From positions 38,878 to 102,877 of the forward strand of contig JAQGDQ010000745.1 in NCBI GenBank assembly GCA_030141605.1: a stretch of 64,000 nucleotides of DNA, written 5' to 3'. This stretch comes from Tubiluchus corallicola. Its lineage: Eukaryota > Animalia > Priapulida. Shown here one piece after another: positions 23,824 to 36,050 of this stretch. The translations under genes and the position numbers were made by a program. Each line of letters opens with the position of its first letter. Positions within the stretch are counted from its first letter, which is position 1. The notes beneath the pieces were generated by a model, which was not told where the DNA came from, searched no databases, and saw only the letters and a program-made list of their open reading frames with translations.

Positions 23824-26800
23824 AATCCTGTCTTTTATAATTTTAATTTTGATATTTTGCAAGTTCAAGCAGTCGGATGATACACACAAGTTTAATCTGT
23901 TTTTCGAAGTCCAAACTTGTACCGTGTGTTCGTAAAATATTGACACACTTACATTTTTATGTGTGCAAACCAAAACCTGTAAGTATTCATAGTTAAAACT
24001 ACATTATGATGCTTCAAAGTAGAATGCAAAACTGTAAAAATTTTTTTTATAAGAAGAAATGCTAAATATATTGGACTTTTGCATTCTAGCATCAAATTAT
24101 CAAGAAAATGTATGAAAAATACTAAAAATCCAATTTTATCACTTTTCTCGCTAGAAAATAGGATTGGAATTGTAAAAAACTTGTATTTTCAAACTCCGAT
24201 AGTATCTCGTGGAAGCCGTTACTTTGCTTCGGGTTCTTTCTGTCGTCAAGCCCACATCGTTGTCAGGAAGAGCCATCTATTGGATTTAAACATAACCTCA
24301 ACGTGTTCTTGTAAAGTCTGTAGCAACCAACATTTGTGCGGTTGCTAAGTGTTTTCTAGAAACGCGACAAAAAACAATGGCTGACTTTAACAGAGATTTT
24401 CTGAAGGCTATGTTTTTCAGTGCACAGCCTGCACCTCAACTTCAACGTGGATCATCTCAGCTTAGAAATAACATAGAGCGATGAACTTGGCATCAAAATA
24501 ATCTTAATGAATAGGAGATTCAGGATATGAGAATAACTAGAAAAGCTTAATTGCTGACTTACTGACAATTTTGCTATGCAAGCACATATTTCTTCTTCTT
24601 GTCAACAGATGACGCCACAAGCTCAACCATTTGAGGTGGTTTTTATGTGTTTTTTACGTCTTGCTTGTAAAAACGGAATGAGTCACGTTCAAATCGAATG
24701 TTTTTATTTTATCATTGACAGTTGATTGAAAAGGATGGGAACACCGTTTCTTCCGATCTTCAGTGGGGATTCTGCTACACCTGTACAGGTTGCTCGGAAA
24801 AGTTTGCCAGCGAGACTGAGTTCCTTAACCATGTTCGTTTGGTAAGAAAATTGTTTTTGATGTTGTTGTTGTTGTTGCTGCTGTTTTGTTGTTGTTGTTG
24901 TTGCTGCTGTTTTGTTGTTGTTGTTGTTTTTGCTGCTGTTGATGTTGTTGTTGCTACTCATGTCCTTCTTGTTGTTGTTGTTACTGTTGATGTTGTTGTT
25001 GCTGCTGCTGTTTTGTTGTTGTTATTGTCGTTGTTGCTGCTGTTGTTGTTGTTGCTACTCATGTCCTTGTTGTTGTTGTTATTGCTGCTGTTGACGTTGT
25101 TGCTGCTGCTGCTTTGTTGTTATTGTTGCTGCTGCTTTTGTTGTTGTTGTTGCTGCTGCTTTTGTTGTTGTTGTTGCTACTCATGTCCTTCTTGTTGTTG
25201 TTGTTATTGCTGCTGTTGACGTTGTTGTTGCTGCTGCTGCTTTGTTGTTGTTGTTGCTGCTGTTGATGTTGTTGTTGTTGCTGCTGCTTTTGTTGTTGTT
25301 GTTGCTGCTGTTGTTGTTGTTATTGCTGCTGTTGATGTTGTTGTTGCTGCTGTTGCTGTCATTGTTGTTGTTCTGTACCACTTATGCTATAAAGCCGTCA
25401 AAAAATTTCTAGTGTGTGAGTTCATCAAGTGTTTAATACTTTCAATCCTTTTTTATATAGTTTAGCTAAATGCGATATTATCAGCAAATATCAATAAAAT
25501 TCTGATCACATGTAATTAGTAAAATCAATTTCAAGCCGCGATTATTTCAAGCTTGAGCACGCTCGCGTTGAACGAAAGAAACAGCCGGGTGTTTGAGGAA
25601 ACTTCTTTTGCAGCCGAAGTTGGCATTATCACCTACAGCCAATCCAAAATGAGAGATTATTAATGCTATTTTTTTCCCTTTCGGTATTTTGCTGACTGAT
25701 AAAATAACCTCCGGCCCAGCTAGTTAACTCCTTCCGCATCATTCAAAATAGATCTTATAAGACCTATGACTTTTCTGCTACTGTATGAGCACAGACATAA
25801 GTAAACGATTACAAATTAGGTACTGTTCAATTCAATAGAACCTTGGCTATCCAATCATTCTATTTGTTTAAGAATTTATAAGCGATTTAATTGGATAAAA
25901 TTAAGAAAAACACGCCCATTTCAGGCACTCCCACTTAGCGTATTGAGTAGATTAGTCTGGTGTACACTTGCCTGATCGTACACACTATTTTATTGATTGC
26001 CTGCTTGTTATAACCCAAGCTATGCAGTGTTTTGTGTTATTCCAAGAAGAAACAACTAATCAGCCAAGGACAAATTAAGGTCAATTCCTCTTTTAACAGA
26101 AATTTCACGGAGAATATTCTATTCAGAAGAATCTGCAATCATGCTGTTTGTTTAGACATTTATAAGCGACTTAATTAGATAAAATTAAGAAAAACACGCC
26201 ATTTTCAGGCTTGTCGTTGTGTGAGAAAAGGGTGTCAAATATTCAGCGTCGTTAAAAAGAACCGTTGCTAAAGGGGGTGCCGTTAAGCGAGGCATTTCTG
26301 TGTGTATATGATAAGTCATAAGTCATTTATTTCACATTACACATTTACAATAGTTTCATGTACAATATCTAGTGAAAGGGCCTACAATGAACATAATACA
26401 AATAAGAAATACTGCACAGGAAAAGCCTCAAACACTGTTCACTTATACACGAAGGTAAATGTGTTGCGGGCAATCAAAAAGCAGGGCTTGTTAGATTGTC
26501 CCACACAGTGATAGAAAAAAAACCAATGGAGATAATCTGAAAATTTAAAGTGAATCGTGATAAAAAAACATTAGTGCTTAAAATGGAATGATGTAATGAA
26601 TGAAGCTCATATATGAGATGATATAAAAGATAGAAAGACTATTATTTGTTAATGGTTTGTAAAATTAAAATAACTTGATTAAGCTAACACCACTGTTTTG
26701 CAACTACTGTGAGGATGGATACTGATAGAAATTTTGATTACTCACTGATACTTACTTAAAATTTGATTTTTTAGCATTTTTTTAAATCTAGTAATAGATC

Positions 26801-29679
26801 TGCTATTTTTTGCGGATTGACAAATCTCATTCCAGACTTTTGGTCCTTGAAATATTATAAAATGTTTAGCTATGTTGGTTATGTGGTCATTTCAACATTT
26901 CTAAGTAAACATTAAAATACAATGAATGTGGTTTAACGGTTGATTTTTCCTTTAAGGCATTTGTGCATAATAGTTGCATACGATTACAGAACCTTTTTGC
27001 TGTTTTTTTTAGTTTCACTGCGAAGTGGCCTTGCTTCCATTTAACGAGCTGCCAAGGAACAAACTAGTGAACCAGCCTCCAATCCCGTCGAGCGTGCGAT
27101 ATCAACGTTTCAAGCTGCAACACAGCGTGCTGCTCGATCCGTCGGAGGAAGATTTCGGCCTGCAGAGTGTGGAGAAACTAAGCCAGGAAAATGTGGACCA
27201 CGAATACGTGGGCAAAGACGATTCGCTCGGCGAGAGCTTGCTGACGCTGGGCGACATTTCGGCGCGATGCGGTTATCCGATTTCGCGCGAACAAGTGAAC
27301 GTCGGTTTGCTGAAGAAAGCCCACGAAATGGGAAGAAAGAAACGTGTTGCGAATAGGTACAGACACACCATACCTGTTAGGAGTGGTAATAAAATGTGTT
27401 CTGCACCTGCAACTCACGTAGAACTTGTTAAAACTGCTGAAGATACTTCAGGCAATGCACCAACTCAATTGTTGTCCAACAGTGAACTACCTACGTATGT
27501 CTTGCCAATGACAAAGCAGTTATTGATTCTTGGAAAAGAAAAAACCGACGCAACTGTTTCCTCGGACGAAAAGCAAAGCCGGAGAATTGCTTCTCCGGGT
27601 TTGCAGAGCCGCATTTTCCTTGTTAGAAAAGAGACGGGCGACAAAAGTGCCTTTCTTGGAGGTGCCGCTGCTGTCGGGCCGTCTGCTAATACACGTGGAT
27701 TTCGCAATAAACGACCCGTCAGGAGTCAGCATTACTCAAAGCAGGGCAGTGCCAGTCCTGATAGTGGGGCTGAGGGTCCCGATCTGAACGTGAAGCTGAC
27801 AGAAGTTAAAGTGGAGCCGAACGCAAAGTCCTTAAAAAGTGAATACGTGTTGAGCTCAGGTGTCGAACAGCCAATCAGTAAACAGACATTAGGCTTGGAA
27901 GTAGAACAACCAACCGGGGAACGCGTGTTCAACACACAGGATGAACAGTTAAATAGTGAACATGGTAATCATTTTCTTGCACGAGCGACAAACGAAGATG
28001 AGAATGAAGAAGAAGAAATAACCAACGTCGCGGCAACTGCAAGGAACGGCGATGAGCCAGGAGTTGCTTCTAGTTGTTTGACTGTGTCTAGCGATACAAC
28101 AACGGATTTAACCTCTTCAGTAGCCACATCTGGTGCCATTATGCAACCGTCTAAGACAAAGCTACAGCCATTGCTCTTACCGCTTGTACTGAAAGCAGCG
28201 ACAACTGTCTCAACGAGTGACGCTAATACGTCGACATCTGCAAAGGCCAAGACCGACGCGGCAGCATCGTCTAACGCCAGTGACCCAGTGGTCACAGTCA
28301 GTCAGACACAGTCAGACCCAGTGGTCACTAGCAAGGTGGCTTCTAAACCAGTTTCGTTCGTTTTGCCCAAAGGATTCAAGTACTTGGGTTACGCTTTGCC
28401 GGTTACCGAGTTAACGGGAAACAGGAAAGTGGGAACCGGGAAAGCGACGAGCAACGGAGTAGTGTGTCAGTTGCCTGAGGAAAATGCACAATCCGATCCT
28501 GCAAACGGAAATAACGTTACCGGTGCTGACAATACTTCTTTGTGCAATAGTAATGAAGTCAATGAAGAAGAAATACTCATTAATAAGAGCGCGGATAAAA
28601 ATCTGACTGGCTTAGTAACGAAAAATTGTGCCGTTGAAGTCAAAATTGCAGGTGTGAATTGTGAACCTAGTCGAGACGGAACCCGGAATCAACAGAAAAT
28701 AGATATTGGTGAAATTTTGGGCGACCGATTGAATCGCAGTTCGCCACAGGCGCATTCGGGTGCGTTTACGAAAAATAGAATCAAAGTCAAGTGGCGGTGC
28801 GAAATCTGCGAGCTGGCGTTGAAAAACAAGTGCGAATATGACATGCATTTGTGTCAGCACGCGGGAAAGAACCTTTTCAGCTGCGAAGTGTGCGGCGCCT
28901 CGTTTCCGTCCGAGGCCCAAACACGACGTCACTGTCGCACGAAGCACGGCCTCACGCCGTACAAGTGTAATCAGTGCGGGCGTAATTGCCGCAATCGCAA
29001 GGACATGCGCGTACACCTGATGCGTCATGCGGGAATAAAGCGCTTCTTCTGTCAGACGTGCGGAAAGGGCTTCGTCTTGAGGTCTCAGTTACAGCGTCAC
29101 GAAAAGACGCACGTAGAAACGAAAACGGTGCCGTGCGATATTTGCAAGAAGATGTACGTTGATGAGAAAACCGTGCTGCTTCATCAGCGGAAGGTCCACG
29201 GGTCCAGCACGTACACGTGCGAAGACTGCGGCAAAGTGTGTCAAAGCATAGGAAACTTGAAGACTCACCGCGCTTTCAAACACAGCAGCGTCCGCTCGTT
29301 CATGTGCGGCGTGTGCGGGAAAGCGTTCGTGCGCGAACCGGATCTCAACAGACACGTGCAGACGCACACCGGACTCAAGCCGTACGCTTGCGACCAATGC
29401 GAGAACGCTTACGCCAATAGAAGTGCACTGCGACGCCATCTTATAGCTCACAGTGGCTTAAAACCTTATCAGTGCACGTACTGCGACTTGAAAGTGCGCG
29501 ACATGAGCTCGCTACGCCGTCACGTGAGGTGCAAACACCTCCAGGAGAAGCGTTACGCGTGCGGCGTCTGCAACGAGTTGTTCTTTCGGAAAGAGCAGAT
29601 GAAAAAGCACGAGTTGAAACACGAAGATGAGGAGATGGTCCCTGCTGTATCTCAGCTGGAAATAGTGATGACATCCTAG
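23382..29679 (+). CDS. C2H2 zinc-finger protein; exons 23382-23531, 24722-24841, 27013-29679 (probable ATG exon at 18833-18835)
   Basis: All exons are phase 0 with canonical AG/GT; one finger is split across an intron (CTGC...FLNHVRL|FH); ten tandem C2H2 fingers with TGLKPY/SGLKPY linkers lie at the C-terminus after a long low-complexity linker. Confidence 0.88.
23960..24607. repeat. Dispersed repeat (probable DNA-transposon relic), also at ~30820-31646
   Basis: Long direct similarity from ttatgatgcttcaaagtaga to gcaagcacatattt..cttcttgtcaaca; the second copy has an internal duplication. Confidence 0.7.
24855..25372. repeat. Degenerate (TTG/CTG)n trinucleotide array
   Basis: Same composition and interrupting motifs as 19295-19670. 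Confidence 0.9.
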
Positions 29680-29860
29680 GTGGTCCCTGCTGTATCTCAG
29701 CTGGAAATAGTGATGACATCCTAGGTGGTCCCTGCTGTATCTCAGCTGGAAATAGTGATGACATCCTAGATGGTCCCTGCTGTATCTCAGCTGGAAATAG
29801 TGATGACCTCCTAAATGGTCCCTGCTGTATCTCAGCTGGAAATAGTGATGACGTCCTAGA
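29635..29860 (+). repeat. 45-bp tandem repeat x5 overlapping the zinc-finger stop codon
   Basis: Unit (a/g)tggtccctgctgtatctcagctggaaatagtgatgacatcctag; the first copy encodes MVPAVSQLEIVMTS*. Confidence 0.95.
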
Positions 29861-30226
29861 TACTATTGCACTAGAAATGCTTAGTCTCATTACAGATCAC
29901 ATTGTGTATGTAGCTTGTATGTAAATACGATGTTGAACAAGAATAACAATAAGTAATTCAAATACAAAAAATAGATTTATTAATTACGATTCTCATTTAA
30001 CAGCATATTTTGCGTTGTTTGATTTTTTATATTAGTGGACATTTTGGCTACACGAATCAAACCAGAGAGAATTCCGATCCATACCGGCCGCCTCGCAGAA
30101 GTGATTCTTGGGTTAGATTGATCTCTTGCCTGAAAACCGTTCAACTAATGCTTCGCTAACAGGCATGTGAAAAGAGCCGTTTCACAGTACATGCTTGACA
30201 CTTGTACAAAACTTTAATCTCTTGTA

Positions 30227-30648
30227 CAGTCAACCTCGGGGGACACCTTCGGACCGGAAAAAACCATCCCTTATAGTCGAAGTTGATTCAGACCAAGGGT
30301 GTATCTAGACCTGTACTATTCTGTACTTTTATCTACATTTTTCATGGATTATTGCTACACATTCAGTGCAAACGGTATGTAGGAAGCTCCTTCAGTGATG
30401 TGAGATGTACGTGACCGTGGAAATTGAGTTGTTCGAAGACCAAGTTTGCGAAAAATTGAGGTTACGAATCGATCAATTCCGCTTTGATCGTAGTGTTCCT
30501 TATAAGCGAAAGTCACTTATATCCGAGTACCTTACATATGAAGATTTTTACATAGGAAAAACATTCTGAAACTTCGGGACCAGTATTGGTGGTCCCTTGT
30601 AAGTGAATGTCTCTTACAAGCAAGTACCTTATACCCCGAGGTTGACTG
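30227..30648. mobile_element. Tc1/mariner (pogo-like) MITE, family C
   Basis: TIR CAGTCAACCTCGG / CCGAGGTTGACTG flanked by TA; inverted sister copy at 34688-35248. Confidence 0.85.
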
Positions 30649-31697
30649 TACTTAATAGTTAAGCATTCTGCGTACTAGTCGGATAGTAGGTGCGGATGTT
30701 GTTCACTAAACGTTTTCTTCATCAAAACAATGTCTGTTCACACTATACTAAATATACACAATACTTTGCTATACATTGTTGTCTGCTGAGGCCAGCTATA
30801 ATAAAGCTTGGTATAATAATTGTGTGCTTGCAAACCAAAACCGTCCAAACGTCGGCAGAGTTATGATGCTTCAAAGTAGAGTGCACCAAAAATTTGCTCA
30901 AATATTTGTTTTTTACAAAAACAAACAGTAAATATATTGGACTTTTATATTCTAGCATCAAATTATGAAGAAAATGTTCAAAAAAATACTGAAAATCTAA
31001 TTTTATAACCCCGTATCCGTTTCTCTGTCTAAAAACTAGGACTGCAGTTGTGAAAAACTTATTTTCAAACTCCAATAGCAACTCGTGGAAGCAGTCATTT
31101 TGCTTCGGGTTTTCCTGCTGCCAAGCCCAGATATCCGTCAAGAAGAGCCATCTACTGGATTTAAACAAAACTCCAATGTGTTCTTGCAAAGTCCATATTG
31201 ATCAACATATATGCAGTTGCTAAGTGTTTTGTAGAAACGCAACAAAAATAATGGCTGACTTTAACAGTGTTTTTCTCAAGGTTATGTTTATCAGTGTGCA
31301 GCCTGCACCTCAACTTCAACGTGGATTATCTCAGCTTAGAAATAACACAGAGCAATGAACTTGGTATCAACATGATCCTCATGAAATGGAGATTCAGGAC
31401 ATGTGACAAAAAACAATGGCTGACTTTAACATCAATTTTCTCAAGGTTATGTTTTTCAGTGGGTAGCCTGCACCTCAACTTCAACGTGGATTATCTCAGC
31501 ATAGAAACAACATAGAGCAATGAACTTGGTATGAAATGATCCTCATGAAGTGAAGATTCAGGATATGAGAATAACTAGAAAAGCTTGATTGCTGACTTTA
31601 CTGATGATTTTGCTATGCAAGCACATATTTCCTCTTCTTGTCAACATTTGAATTGAACGAACTGAACGTTTTAACAAGATAGATTGAAACACTGTCG

Positions 31698-34600
31698 TCA
31701 TTGGCTGTCTTCTTCTTCTTCTTCATCGTCGGGGGTTTCGCTCTCGGTGTCATCTCTAGCGGACGCGGCCCAAGTCTCCGACGCAAACTGGTCCTCTGGA
31801 CTCAACGTCTGCAGCTCTACAAACTGTCTTTGTTTGGCAAATAAAGCCTGAAAATGACAAAGACAAGTTCAGATAAGAATTGTATCTACAAAAACATTAT
31901 TATGAGTGACGTTAAAAACCATTAACTGTTATTTCTTCTCAAGAAGATTTAATCTCTTCTCTCAAACATGAAGTTTCGGTGGTATTTTCCTTTAAAATTA
32001 GGCTTGACTGTAAAAATCAAAAGCTGGGCTTCATTTTCATGAGACCAGACGGTTTAGTCTAGTGGTAATGCGTCTGCTTTCTATGTGGGAGGTCGTGGGT
32101 TCGAACCAGCGGCCGTGTCATACCAAAGACTTTAAAAATGGTACCTGCTGTTGCCCTGCCTGGCGTGGTATTTAGGGTAAAAGTGGGGTAATAATAGTCT
32201 CTGCTACGTAGTTGTAGGTTGTTATTTACAGTCGATGATAATAGCTCTTTGAGCTAATGTTAATTGTTGACCCAACAGCCGACTTTAAATAAAGATTATT
32301 CTAATTATTATTATTATTATTATTATTTACAACACTAAATTTTGCAAAAATTTCCTTTTCTTTGTCATGGAAATACAATTTTACACATCAGCAAAGATAG
32401 AAAAGAATTACGACTAAATGTACTCATTATACTGTTAAACTTTGACTTTTATAATGGCACTTTTAACTTGTAAAATTTGTTTTATCATAGCATTTGCAGG
32501 TAATGTTTTTTCTGAACAACCCTGTACATACAGTAAACTCTGCATAATTCAAAATCGCATAATTCAAATTTTCTCCTAACTCAAAGAATTTCAGCGGAAC
32601 GAATGAAGTCCTTCGTTTTTCCTACAAAAAACATCCCTAAAAAATGCAATTCATACCATGGAAAAATAAAAAAATTCGTACAACTCACGAACAGTATCAT
32701 CTTCCAGGAAAACTCCAGGAAAGTCACACGTCCTGATTATCTTTCTGGGAAAGTCATAGTTGGCTACTATGTAGCAACACTCGAAAGTGCCGAAATGGAA
32801 GACATGACAGATAAAATCGAATTGTTGCTGAAGAAACAGGCACAGGACTCGGTGTAGATGAATATAACTGAATACTTGACTGAGAGTAAGTCAATAAGTG
32901 AATTGTGAACAAACTGAATTGCAGTGTGTAAGACATTGGTAGCCGCACTGTCATATTGTTTAACAGTGATGTGTACGTGTCCTTTTGTAACATAAAAAAT
33001 GGTGTTTCACTACATAATTTCTTATTTTTTATGTAACTGTCATCAAATCTCGTCGTTTATGTACAGAAGGGTTGTCTTTCTGCTTTCTATTTAGCTTGCC
33101 ATCTGGAGGAGGGGTTTAGAGTTTCTATGCTGGAAAATGGTCAACATCGCCTAACTCAAAATATCGCCTAGCTCAAAGCTATCACACAAACTGAACTGCA
33201 GTACACAAGACACTGGTAACTGCACTGCCATATTGTTTAACAGTGATGTGTATCTGTCCTTTTGTAACATAGAAAAATCGTGTTTCACTACATAATTTCT
33301 TATTTTTTATGTAATTGTGATCAAATCTCGTCGTTTATGTACAGAAGGGGTGACTTTCTGCCTTTTATTTAGCTAACCATCTGGAGGAGGGGTTTAGAGT
33401 TTCTATGCTGGAAAATGGTCAACATTGCCTAACTCAAAGTTTTTTCGGATTTAGCTCGCCATCTGGAGGAGGGGTTTAGAGTTCCTATGCTAAAAAATGG
33501 TCAACATCACCTAACTCAAAGTTTTTTCGGATTTAGCTCGCCATCTGGAGGAGGGGTTTAGAGTTTCTATGCTGGAAAATGGTCAACATATCCTAACTCA
33601 AAGTTTTTCAGATTTAGCTCCCCATCTGGAGGAGTAGTTTAGAGTTTCTATGCTGGAAAATGGTCAACATTGCCTAACTCAAAGTTTTTTTGGATTTAGC
33701 TCGCCATCTGGAGGAGGGGTTTAGAGTTTCTATGCTAAAAAATGGTCAACATTGCCTAACTCAAAGTTTTTTCGGATTTAGCTCGCCATCTGGAGGAGGG
33801 GTTTAGAGTTTCTATGCTGGAAAATGGTCAACATCGCCTAACTCAAAGTTTTTTCGGATTTAGCTCGCCGTCTGGAGGTGGGGTTTAGAGTTTCTACGCT
33901 GGAAAATGGTCAACATCGCCTAACTCAAAGTTTTTTCGGATTTAGCTCGCCATCTGGAGGAGGGGTTTAGAGTTTCTATGCTGGAAAATGGTCACCATCG
34001 CCTAACTCAATGTTTTTTGTCCGGTTGGACTTGAGTTATGCGGGGTTTACTGTAGTTTAACTAAGCCTAAAGCTTTTTAATGCAAACGAGTTTAGAAACG
34101 CGATATTAGTGTGAGGAAAAACGAAATACGACATAGAATAAGTTTTTCGAAAAAAAAATACTGGACCTTTCCACGATGGTTGAATCTGTAAAATGCTGGC
34201 ACGTTGCCAACCGTTTCCCACGACTTTGTTTCTAGATCGGCGCCAACTCTGATTTCTTTAAAATTGCCTGCTATGTTTGATATGGAATAACACAACACTA
34301 CCAGACTAAGCAGTCCTTGTACTAAAACATCTGCAGGCAAACCTGGAAAAATGAAATCGTTGGTCGATTTTTGTTAAATTAGTAGATTAATTAGTCGTTA
34401 ACAATTAAGATTAATCACGTGTACATGCGGCTCGAACTTCAAAAAAAGCGAACTTTAACACGATGACGAAACTCCCATTTTTAGAACACAGTGCTAAGTG
34501 TGCTAAGTACCGCTCTAATTATCTTTGTTTTTTACTGTATTTCAAAATGGGGTAGCATATGAAAAATCATCCCGTTTTCCAGGAAGCTACAATCTGAAAA

Positions 34601-35471
34601 ATCAGTACACTTTGGAGAATCATGTAAACTAAGATCAGTCATCCACTGAAAGCATTTTTTAAAATACATGCTGCTGCCTTAAATCTACAGTCAACCTCGG
34701 GTATAAGGGACATTCGCTTATAAAGACCACCAACACAGGTCCTGATTTTTCGTAATGTTTTTCCTATGTAAAAATCTTCGTATATAAGGTACTCGGATAT
34801 AAGGGACAATCGCTTAAAAGGGACCACCAACACCGGTCCTGATTTTTCGTAATGTTTTTCCTTCTAAAAATCTTCATATATAAGCTAGTCGGTTATAAGG
34901 GACGATATCTTCAGGTCTCGCATATAGAAACCCAGGTAAATTACCTCGCATATAAGGGATCCTATGATCAAAGCGAAATTGATCAATTTCTAATCTCAAT
35001 TTTTCACAAACTCGGCCTTCGAACAGTTCGGTTTCCGCGGTCACATACATCTCGCATCACTGAAGGAGCTTCTTACATACCGTTTGCACTGAATGTGTAG
35101 CAATAATCCATCAAAATATGGGTAAAAGTGCAGAAAAGCATAGGTCTAGATACACCCTCGGTCTGACTCAACTTCGGCTATAAGGGACAACGGATATAAG
35201 GGATGTTTTTTCCGGTCCCGAGGTTTCCCTTATATCCGAGGTTGACTGTACTAAGAACACTAAAAATTAGGGAGAAAACCATCTATGGGAGTAATAATGT
35301 TCGACATCACGTTTATAATAACACCATGTTTATAATAGCACCAAATATCACACCTGTAAATTCCTGTTCCGTCAGCCGCATGTAAGTTCTGTGCTGAGCG
35401 GCCGAGTAACCGACGTGAGCGAGTGAAACCAGTCCGAGCACGCAGAGCAGTTTCTGTAGCGTGGAAGCCAT
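31698..35471 (-). CDS. MMGT1: Membrane magnesium transporter 1 / ER membrane complex subunit 5; exons 35471-35354, 34342-34167, 31847-31698; 147 aa
   Basis: Spliced translation [70 protein letters not shown]...[12 protein letters not shown]... carries the EMC5 signatures H..YSAAQHR.Y.RL, LP.D...Q and F..FNHRG; exon phases are consistent (118+176+150 nt). Confidence 0.93.
32043..32327 (+). mobile_element. tRNA-derived SINE (Meta-domain-like core)
   Basis: Pol III A box (tagtctagtggtaa) and B box (ggttcgaacc), core gtcataccaaagactttaaaaatggtacc resembling the MetaSINE domain (from recall), and an (ATT)n tail. Confidence 0.75.
32531..34052. mobile_element. Tc1/pogo-like non-autonomous element with an internal 82-bp tandem array
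   Basis: TIRs CAGTAAACTCTGCATAATTCAA / TTGAGTTATGCGGGGTTTACTG with TA flanks; about 8 copies of an 82-bp unit at ~33368-34010; lies in an MMGT1 intron. Confidence 0.85.
34688..35248. mobile_element. Tc1/mariner (pogo-like) MITE, family C copy 2
   Basis: TIR CAGTCAACCTCGG / CCGAGGTTGACTG, TA flanks, ATAAGGGA subterminal repeats. Confidence 0.88.
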
Positions 35472-36009
35472 ACTGTCAAAAATAAAAATGCGATTTTAAT
35501 CTTGTATTGTTCATCAGAGTTCACTGGAGCTGAGACAACTCCTGACGTTTAGTATTCGAATGCTTTGTTTACATGCTAATAGGACCAGGAAATACATTAT
35601 GTTTTGCTCTAAAGGTCAAAAGTTGAGGTCACATGATCAATAATAAATTGTCCTCACAATAACTTTATTTGAATGCGTGGATTTGTACATACATTGAATG
35701 CTTTCAAACTAGTTCACTTTTGAACAATTTTTGAAAAAAAATCAGCGGCACAGCTGACGGGGGGGGGGGGGGGTGTTAGGGGCCGCGCAAGGACAGCAAT
35801 CGCTTCCCGTGAGCACACTTTGGCGCTATTACACTTTCGCACCTCTTAGTTTTTTCTAGGTTATTACTCGTTTCTAGGCTCATAGGTCATTATTCTATTA
35901 TTCTCACGTCATCAGTGAATGTTTCCGCTAATCTCGTGGTAATTTACTCATATATTTAGTGTATAATTACCTATAATTACGTTTTATTCACAATTCTACA
36001 CTATACAGT

Positions 36010-36050
36010 TCGTATCGCCATCATGTTTGTGTGTGTAGTCACGTGACAAA
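36010..36050 (-). promoter_or_regulatory. Putative MMGT1 core promoter with palindromic E-box GTCACGTGAC
   Basis: GTCACGTGAC at 36038-36047 next to a YY1-like ATGGCG (minus strand); acceptor at 35473-35475 implies an upstream UTR exon. Confidence 0.35.

Noticed and set aside
30743-31189. 148-aa ORF as a transposase or gene
   Set aside because: Lies within a dispersed repeat whose other copy is not open; no DDE or other motif visible.
32043-32115. tRNA gene
   Set aside because: A/B boxes are present but no convincing cloverleaf acceptor stem; it continues into a SINE core and (ATT)n tail.
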